From: Andalucia godoyi And28
Taxonomy: Eukaryota; Protista; Jakobida
Length of the DNA: 64,000 bases
Assembly (NCBI GenBank): GCA_009859145.1
Contig: VRVR01000005.1
Coordinates: 444,848 to 508,847 of the forward strand
Reading direction: 5' to 3'
The notes beneath the pieces were generated by a model, which was given only the letters and a program-made list of their open reading frames with translations, did no database searches and was not told where the DNA came from. Of the stretch, positions 19,570 to 26,607 are shown piece by piece. Position 1 is the stretch's first letter, and the number at the start of each line of letters is the position of its first letter. The translations under genes and the position numbers were made by a program.

Positions 19570-20043
19570 TTAGTAGCCCCCCAAGCTGAAAGAGCTCTTT
19601 CCGCCTGGCGGGTTCGAGACACGCACGGCACGGCAGTTGCGAACCTGGTTGCCCTCAGTGCAGTACAGCGCAGTGTACTCCGGAGCAGCCTTTTGCTGCG
19701 GCGCTTGGTTCTGTTGTCCCGTAATGGGGTTGAACGACTGCTGTTGCTGCTGGGATTGAGATTGGGAATATCCGTAGTTCTTCAGTGGCTGCTCCTGCTG
19801 AACCTGCTGCATCCGCTGAGGAGGTACCGAGACTTCGGCATTCTTCTTTGGCGACACACCCTTTCGCACAGGCTGTTGCTGCTGTTGCTCGGGCTCGTAT
19901 CCTCCAAAGATGTTGAAGGTCGAGCGGCCACCAGGCGGGTTGGCGACTCGCACGGCACGGCAGTTGCGGACTTGGTTGCCTTCACTGCAGTAAAGCGCAG
20001 ACTGTTGGGCGGGGGCGTTCTCGTTGTGGTGGAGGAAAGACAT
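19570..20043 (-). CDS. Small Q-rich protein with two terminal PPGG repeats (Jupiter/HN1/SPIRAL1-like microtubule-associated motif)
   Basis: ALYC(S/T)EGNQVRNCRAVRV(A/S)NPPGG(R/K)S(T/S)F(N/S)..GGY occurs at both ends, separated by a Q-rich linker. Confidence 0.6.
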   Translation of the reverse strand: MSFLHHNENAPAQQSALYCSEGNQVRNCRAVRVANPPGGRSTFNIFGGYEPEQQQQQPVRKGVSPKKNAEVSVPPQRMQQVQQEQPLKNYGYSQSQSQQQQQSFNPITGQQNQAPQQKAAPEYTALYCTEGNQVRNCRAVRVSNPPGGKSSFSLGGY

Positions 20044-20477
20044 TTCTTGCAGATTCGGCTTTGGTCGTAGACGTGTGTGAAAAGTATGGAAATCTTTTGT
20101 TGAGGGGATAAAAAAAGGAGAAGGGGGAAAAAAGAAAAAGAAAACGAGAAAGAAAAAGAAGACGAAGAAGAGGAAAAAGACCGCATATGTAGCATTGATC
20201 AAAAGAAAAAAGCCACGGATCCGGATTGGACGGATTGGAAGGGTTTGAATTGATGAGGACAAATCCGTTAAGAACTCCAAAGTCTGGGGTGTGGGACCAC
20301 ACTACGGTAGGCGATCAGGAAAAATCCTGAATGGAATGAAATATGCTCAGTCACCCACACACTAGCACTCATAAACGGGGAATGGGAGGGGAGGGGGAAA
20401 TTCACAACTTCTATGTCGGTTTACTCGGGAAACAACCCAAAAACAAATATGGCAACAACAACAGCAGCAACACAACA

Positions 20478-20517
20478 ACAAGAATGACAAGAATGACAAG
20501 AATGACAAGAATGACAA
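20478..20517. repeat. (ACAAGAATG)n 9-bp tandem repeat
   Basis: About four direct copies in the 3' region of HMGS. Confidence 0.9.
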
Positions 20518-20608
20518 CACAAGGAACAAGCAACAACTACAACAAACAAACAAACAAACAGCAAGAGGGCTACTCTACGTATCACCAATCAACATTCGTT
20601 ACAAATGT

Positions 20609-21982
20609 CTATTTCTGCTTTCTCTCGTACGACCGTCTCCACATGTCGTCGATGCTGGTCAGGTAGTACGTGCCGGGAAAGAGTGTATCGGTGGGCCCCG
20701 AAGGCGCCGTGTTTGGTTTCCCATACTTCAGTTCCTTGCTCTTCAAGATGCCATTGTACTCGACAGGATCGACCTTGTGTCTTGCGGCCAGTCTGCTGGC
20801 GATATCGAGCCGGATCCTCATGTCGGTGACCTTTCCAACTGCATCTTCCGAGTCTCGGAATCGAACGGAAAACATGGAAGAACACAGACCGGATCCATAC
20901 GAAAAGAGCACAACTCGCTTTCCTCGCAAATCAGCCGGATCGACATTCGTGATGAGCGATACAAGGGCCGAGTAGAGCGATGCGGTGTAGGTGTTTCCAA
21001 GCTGCTGCGACAAGAGCACGGATGGCTGGACGATGCGCTTGTAGTACGGAACAGCCTTCTTTGAAAAATACTGTTCAATATCCCGGTGCGTGTACGACTC
21101 TTCCTCGGGGACGTTTCGAAGGTCCTCGGGCATGTCGTCCCACTGCTTGTCGTGCGGGGATCGCAAAAAGTCGTTGTACAGCAGACGTCCGACTGACTTT
21201 TGCACCTGTTTGTTGAACGGCGAGTGGAAGCATGCATAGGCGAACTTCTCGAGAGAGGTCGCAGTGTCGTCCCCGGACTTTGCACACTTTTCTCGGAATC
21301 CACGGTAGCAGTGGTCGAGTGCGCGCAAGTAACATCCCAGCGACATTTTCCCATCCACCGTCGGATACTCGGACGACAAGTTTGGCTTGTAGAAATCGTA
21401 CGTGTGTTCCATATGCGAAAAGCGGTTTGCGGACTCCAGAACAACGGGAGCATCTGGCCCAATGAGCATTGCAACGGCGCCACAACCACCTGTGGGCCGT
21501 GCATTGCCTTCTGCATACACGGCGATATCTCCGGCAACGCACAGAGCAAATCGTCCGTCCCAGGCAGAGGACTCAACCCATGCGACCGAGTTGAAGAGGG
21601 ATGCAGTCCCGCCATAGCAGGCATTGGTGCAATCCACGCCTTCGACATTGGTGTTTCCGACAGCGGCAAAAATGCGCATCAGCTCCGACTTCACCGACTT
21701 TGACTTGTCCACGATCGTTTCTGTGCCCACTTCAATCCGACCAATCGACAGAGGATCAATCGAGTATTTTTCAAGGAGAGAGTGGACTGCAGTCAGACAG
21801 ATCGAATGCACATCTTCGCGATCCGTCACAAACGCCATGTTCAGCTGACCAAGTCCAATCGTGTACTTGCCGCTTGACGCCTGGTCATGCGCCTCCAGCT
21901 CGCTCTGGCTTACATACTGCGAAGGAAAGTAAAACTCAAGCGCGTGAATTCCTACATTCTGCGGACGGAATCCCTGTGTCAT
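20609..21982 (-). CDS. HMGS: Hydroxymethylglutaryl-CoA synthase (eukaryotic type)
   Basis: VGIHALEFYFP, GKYTIGLGQ, EVGTETIVDKSKSVK, EGVDCTNACYGGT (catalytic Cys), FHSPFNK, GNTYTASLY, FSYGSG. Confidence 0.97.
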   Translation of the reverse strand: MTQGFRPQNVGIHALEFYFPSQYVSQSELEAHDQASSGKYTIGLGQLNMAFVTDREDVHSICLTAVHSLLEKYSIDPLSIGRIEVGTETIVDKSKSVKSELMRIFAAVGNTNVEGVDCTNACYGGTASLFNSVAWVESSAWDGRFALCVAGDIAVYAEGNARPTGGCGAVAMLIGPDAPVVLESANRFSHMEHTYDFYKPNLSSEYPTVDGKMSLGCYLRALDHCYRGFREKCAKSGDDTATSLEKFAYACFHSPFNKQVQKSVGRLLYNDFLRSPHDKQWDDMPEDLRNVPEEESYTHRDIEQYFSKKAVPYYKRIVQPSVLLSQQLGNTYTASLYSALVSLITNVDPADLRGKRVVLFSYGSGLCSSMFSVRFRDSEDAVGKVTDMRIRLDIASRLAARHKVDPVEYNGILKSKELKYGKPNTAPSGPTDTLFPGTYYLTSIDDMWRRSYERKQK

Positions 21983-22147
21983 TTTCTCTTTCTTATTCTT
22001 ATTCTTCTTTTTCTTTTTCTTTTTCTTTTTCTTTTTCTTTCTCTTGCAGGTTTTTGTTTAGTCTCTATCACTCCTTACCCTTGGTTGTCGTTTTTTTTGA
22101 AAAGAAGTACTGGAATGGCCGTAGAAGAGAGAGACAGAGAAAGTGAC

Positions 22148-22153
<6 letters not shown>

Positions 22154-22185
<32 letters not shown>

Positions 22186-22247
22186 GAAAGTGAACAGAAC
22201 AAAAAATTATGTATGCGTGTCTGTCTGTGTGTGTGTGTGTGTGTGTG
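22154..22247. repeat. (GA)n and (GT)n microsatellites in the HMGS/UTP4 divergent intergenic region
   Basis: GA run about 22154-22182 and GT run about 22226-22247. Confidence 0.95.
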
Positions 22248-22545
22248 TTTTGTTCTGTTGAGTTTTCAGGCGAACGAGCATCTTTTGTGTTTCTGATTTT
22301 CCCCGCTGCCATCGCTTTCTTGCGTTGTCCAAAGGGCGTTAGTATCCAGCATCAACCTGTTTTTTTCGCCCTTTTTGCAGTTTCTCAATTCGCATTGCTC
22401 TTTAATTAGGAGAGATATCGTTTCTCCCGAATGTTGTTGGTTCCTGGACCTCTGTATGCAACAGTGTGGGGGGGAAAAACGCGACGACGACAGCGAAAAC
22501 GCAAAACAAAAATAAAGCAGAACAAAATCCAGAAGAAGAGGAAGA

Positions 22546-25149
22546 ATGGATGCGTGTGTTCACCGTTGTCGGTTTGTGGACTGGGTGCCGTCGCCGATTG
22601 TCAGTATTGTCGCGGCGACTCGTTTCCATGACCTGCTGTTTGCAGTCCGCGAATCAGGATCTCTGGAAACTTGGGCGCTGCACCGAGGGGCATGGTCGCT
22701 TCTTTCTTCACAACATCTCGGATCTGATATATCATCGATTGCGGTTTTTGAGTCGGGCGCTGTGATTCTGCTGTTTTCTGCTACTCTGCATGGAACCATC
22801 ACGGCCCATTCTCTGCTGTTCGGGTCTCCTTTGTCGGATCCTGGTGCCGCGACGGCGTCTTTCGCCATGCCGGTGTCCAATGATGCATGGTCCACGGTGG
22901 ATTCGTACGGAGGCGCAGTTTGGTCCATCTCGGTTTCTCCCGATGGCCGGAGCCTCGCAGCTGCGTGCGAAGACGGGTGTGTCCGCATCTTTGATGTTTC
23001 TGAATTCACTAACAGCCACAATGCAAGAGCTGGCACTGCTAAACAACAGGGATATATCCGCCTTGCACGCACGATGGAACAGCAGGGATCGCGCATGTCT
23101 TGTGTGCAGTTCAGTCCTTCGGGTACATCGGTGGTCTCGGGAACCTCCAAGGGAGTGATCCACAAGTGGGACGTGTCAAATGGCCGTGCGTTGTGGAGAA
23201 TGACAACGACACAGAAGCACACTGCGGTAAGAGCTATTCATGTCTTGAATGACGAGGAGGAGACGGTTGTTTCAGGGGATGCGAAAGGAGCAACATGCTT
23301 CTGGGACGGCAAGCACGGGACGCTGCTCAAGGCGTTCCAAAATCATGCGGCAGATGTCTTGTGCATTGCCTCGGCGATGGATGGGCAGTCAGTCTATGCA
23401 GCTGGTGTGGATAATGCTATTGTGCAGTTCACACACGTCTTGACACCAATCTCCACCGCAGCAGCAGGCGACAGCAACTCAAACAGCGGCAAATTCCCAA
23501 CAGTCGGAATTGCTGGGAAATGGGTGTACTCTCACAAGAGAAGACCACACACACACGATGTGAGGGCGCTGGCTGTTGTTTCCTTGCCACAGTACGGAGA
23601 TTTGATTGTTTCTGGAGGTGTGGATGCCCAGATTTGCTGCACCGCCGCGCACACCTTCCATTCTCGATCTCGCCCAATCAAGGTCATGCCATATCCGAGA
23701 TTTCCAACAATCCAGCTGGCGGCTTCTGCCCTGCGATTGGTATCCCACGACGACCATGCAATTGAGCTGTGGCAGCTTCCCAAGGCTTGGTTCCAGAAAC
23801 CACAGCCATCAGCTGTGACACCGCAAAATGAGGAGCCAAATTCCTTCGGTGAGAATGCAAAGAAAAAATTGAAGAAGGGTTCGAAACAGAAGCGAGAAGA
23901 GGTGGACCAGGATGTCCCTATGAAGGCACCGTCTGCTCCATCGTCTGCCTCCACCTCTGCACAGGCACAATTTGGAAAGGATAAGGACCAGCTTGCCGTG
24001 CTTGAGAGGCCAAAGTGCTTGGTGCGCCTTACCACCAAGGAATCCCGGGTGTTGTGCTGCGCAGTGGATTCGGCGTCACGCGTGATCGCCTATTCCACGA
24101 TTCACGGCACGCGCGTGATGATTGTGGAACTCGACGACCAAGAAGACCGTGTGTCTGTCAAGGAATTGTTCCTAAATGGCGATTCGGATTCAAAGCTTCC
24201 TTCTGCGATTGCTCTGAATGTATCTACATCTGGCTCTCGCATTGTGATTGGTGCTCCCAACTCATGCATTTACTCTTTTTCCGTACAAGAGAAGCAAGGC
24301 ACGTCTGAAATTGCACTGAACGCGGTATTCAGCGAACATGCAGACGCTCATTTCGCATTGTTGAGCAATGCTACATTCTCAACTTCCGTCCCGTCCGCCA
24401 ACCGTGGGATCAAGTCGGCGGCCGAGGAAGATCCCCTCGCTCTTTCTCTGAAAGGATGCGGAAATCGAATTGTTCGCATGACAATGAACGCATCAGGGAC
24501 TCGCCTCGCATCCGTAGACACGAATAACCGGGGATTTGTGTTTGATCTGGAGCTGAACAAGGCTCTTTCGGAGCTTCCAAGGCTGGAACATCGCATTTCG
24601 GGACTCTCGTTTCATCCAGGGCCCGCACCGGTCATTGCACTGGCTTGCGCTTCCAACCACTTGTTCCTATTTGATTTCGGACAACACAGATTTACAGAAT
24701 GGTCGCGAAGGAATTCAGAGAACATGCCGCAGCTATTCCTGAAACAACTGGATAAGGTTTTCGATGTGTCCTTCCATCCTGCGAAGCCGCATCTCGTTTT
24801 CTTGCATGCGGTCGACTACTTTTGTGTCGTCGATACCTCCAAGGACTTTTCATTTGATCTGAAAGGTACCGCTTTCTGGGACGAAGCGTGGACCAGACCC
24901 GATCGGCCAGACCGGTCGGCCCGCGACCCTGATATGAGCTCCGGCGAAGAAGCCTTCAACGAAATCGATCGACGCGCGTCTGCTAAGGGCAAAGCGGTGG
25001 ATGCTGCAGTCCGTCTGTTCAGAAGATTCCGTCCTCTGCTCTTGTTTGCGTTTGCGAGCGACCAAAACATTGTGGTGGTTGAGCGCTCTTGGCTCGATGT
25101 TCTCGCAAAGATGCCGGAAACGTTATATAGACATCGCTACGGAACCTGA
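22546..25149 (+). CDS. UTP4: U3 snoRNA-associated protein 4 (UTP4/cirhin), WD40
   Basis: VHRCRFVDWVPSPI N-terminus, GGAVWSIS, LAAACEDGCVRIF, VVSGDAKGAT.FWDG..GTL, HTHDVRALA, SGGVDAQI, C-terminal VVVERSWLDV...P..LYRHRYGT. Confidence 0.9.
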   Translation: MDACVHRCRFVDWVPSPIVSIVAATRFHDLLFAVRESGSLETWALHRGAWSLLSSQHLGSDISSIAVFESGAVILLFSATLHGTITAHSLLFGSPLSDPGAATASFAMPVSNDAWSTVDSYGGAVWSISVSPDGRSLAAACEDGCVRIFDVSEFTNSHNARAGTAKQQGYIRLARTMEQQGSRMSCVQFSPSGTSVVSGTSKGVIHKWDVSNGRALWRMTTTQKHTAVRAIHVLNDEEETVVSGDAKGATCFWDGKHGTLLKAFQNHAADVLCIASAMDGQSVYAAGVDNAIVQFTHVLTPISTAAAGDSNSNSGKFPTVGIAGKWVYSHKRRPHTHDVRALAVVSLPQYGDLIVSGGVDAQICCTAAHTFHSRSRPIKVMPYPRFPTIQLAASALRLVSHDDHAIELWQLPKAWFQKPQPSAVTPQNEEPNSFGENAKKKLKKGSKQKREEVDQDVPMKAPSAPSSASTSAQAQFGKDKDQLAVLERPKCLVRLTTKESRVLCCAVDSASRVIAYSTIHGTRVMIVELDDQEDRVSVKELFLNGDSDSKLPSAIALNVSTSGSRIVIGAPNSCIYSFSVQEKQGTSEIALNAVFSEHADAHFALLSNATFSTSVPSANRGIKSAAEEDPLALSLKGCGNRIVRMTMNASGTRLASVDTNNRGFVFDLELNKALSELPRLEHRISGLSFHPGPAPVIALACASNHLFLFDFGQHRFTEWSRRNSENMPQLFLKQLDKVFDVSFHPAKPHLVFLHAVDYFCVVDTSKDFSFDLKGTAFWDEAWTRPDRPDRSARDPDMSSGEEAFNEIDRRASAKGKAVDAAVRLFRRFRPLLLFAFASDQNIVVVERSWLDVLAKMPETLYRHRYGT

Positions 25150-25688
25150 GTTCTTTGTACGCAATCCCTTCTGCATAAACCCTCCGTTTCTTCTTTTGCA
25201 TTCTTGCTGTCAACACCCTGCGCGACGAAGACGGCGCGGTGCTGTGCTGTGTGGCGTGAGACCCTGTTGCTGCGTTTAATTAACTGGCATTTTGTAGCTG
25301 CGGGTCCTTGCCTTATGATGAAAGGGGTTTCCTTCAATCAATTGTCTGTTTTCTTCTTCTTTTCTACCCCCCCCCCCCCCCCCCTTTTTATTTTATTTAA
25401 AAAAATTCTGTCGGTTTATTCATCAGAGAGACTTAAATTGTCTGCCGTCGTGCAATCTGTGTCAGGCTTGATTATACGCAGCGCTCGTGCTTGTGAAGGC
25501 CGTGCCGTGCTCGGATTAAATGCCACAGACACTCCAGTTTCACAAGGCTTCGGAAATCTGCCGACCCTCCCGCACGACAGCAGGGCAACAGGGCAGCACG
25601 AAAAGCAAATCGCATGAATAGCAAAACAAAAAAATTATTTAAAAAAATGGAAGACGATGTCGAAGCGTTATTGAACGTATACGTGCCG

Positions 25689-26214
25689 CTGATTAATAAC
25701 ACGTCATTGTTATGCACACGGAAGTATACATCAACAGACACGGTCAATACTGGCCGATACTAGCACGTTTGTTTCACAGGGAATTTGTTCTTATGCACGC
25801 TCGGCCAAAATTCAGCCAGTGGCACAGGCTCCGCGTTTTCGACACTCTTTAACGCAGCATCCGTAGCCATCTATTCTATCATTCGTTGGTTTCTCTTTTT
25901 GCAACGTTTGTGCCATAAGGTGACCGAGTATCGCGAGCGCCATGTTGCCATCGTGACGGAGGAGTACACGTCCAAAGCGTGCGGGCGCTGCGGCGAGATC
26001 CATGCACGTCGAGGCGGAAGCAGCAAAGTGTTTGCATGTCCCTCGTGCAGCTCGCAGATTGATCGAGATTGGGAACGGAGCGCGGAACATTTATCTGAAG
26101 AACGCCGTGAGGCGTGTTGGGGCCTATCCCCTTCCTGGCAACAGGATGCAAGATTGAATATGCATGTCTATTCGTAGATATGCATGTTCAGTGTATAATG
26201 TAGGCGTGCATCCA
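25689..26214 (+). mobile_element. Non-autonomous Fanzor2 (IS607-TnpB-like) element, copy A: left end, C-terminal nuclease fragment and omegaRNA-like right end
   Basis: Encodes LQRLCHKVTEY...VAIVTEEYTSKACGRCG...VFACPSC...DRDW then, after a +1 frameshift, NGARNIYLKN (RuvC-II Glu, Zn ribbon, RuvC-III Asp region); left 130 bp and right 160 bp match 58820-59240. Confidence 0.88.
26100..26214 (+). ncRNA. Putative omegaRNA scaffold (copy A)
   Basis: GGGG-CCTAT-CCCC hairpin (26119-26131), TCCTG-GCAA-CAGGA GNRA hairpin (26133-26146), 13-bp stem with TTCG loop (26158-26187), GTAGG (26200-26204) complementary to the first loop. Confidence 0.65.
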
Positions 26215-26607
26215 GCAAAACACGCAGAGTGGGTGATTCGTCGCGTTCCGGACTGTTCTGCTCACACGTCAATGCCTCGTCAATTCCCCAAACACTTTCT
26301 GGGGACTTGAAGGTGCTTGTCTGTCACGTTTGCAATCGCGATTCCCTCAATAGGAAGTTACATGAGTAATGCAGTGATTGCGGAACGACGTCCTATCCCT
26401 GATGGAACGTCGATCGATCTTTACATTGGAATGTTCTTTTGCACCAAGTGAACGCCCAGTTTCGTGCGACCAATCCGAATCTCATGATCAAACACCGAGT
26501 ACATAACGTAAATCATTTCCCGGAAGATTCTCATGCATATTTTTTTTAAAATTAAAATTGTTCATCCCCGTTTTCTCTATTTACACAAAGCGACGCAAGA
26601 ACAATCC

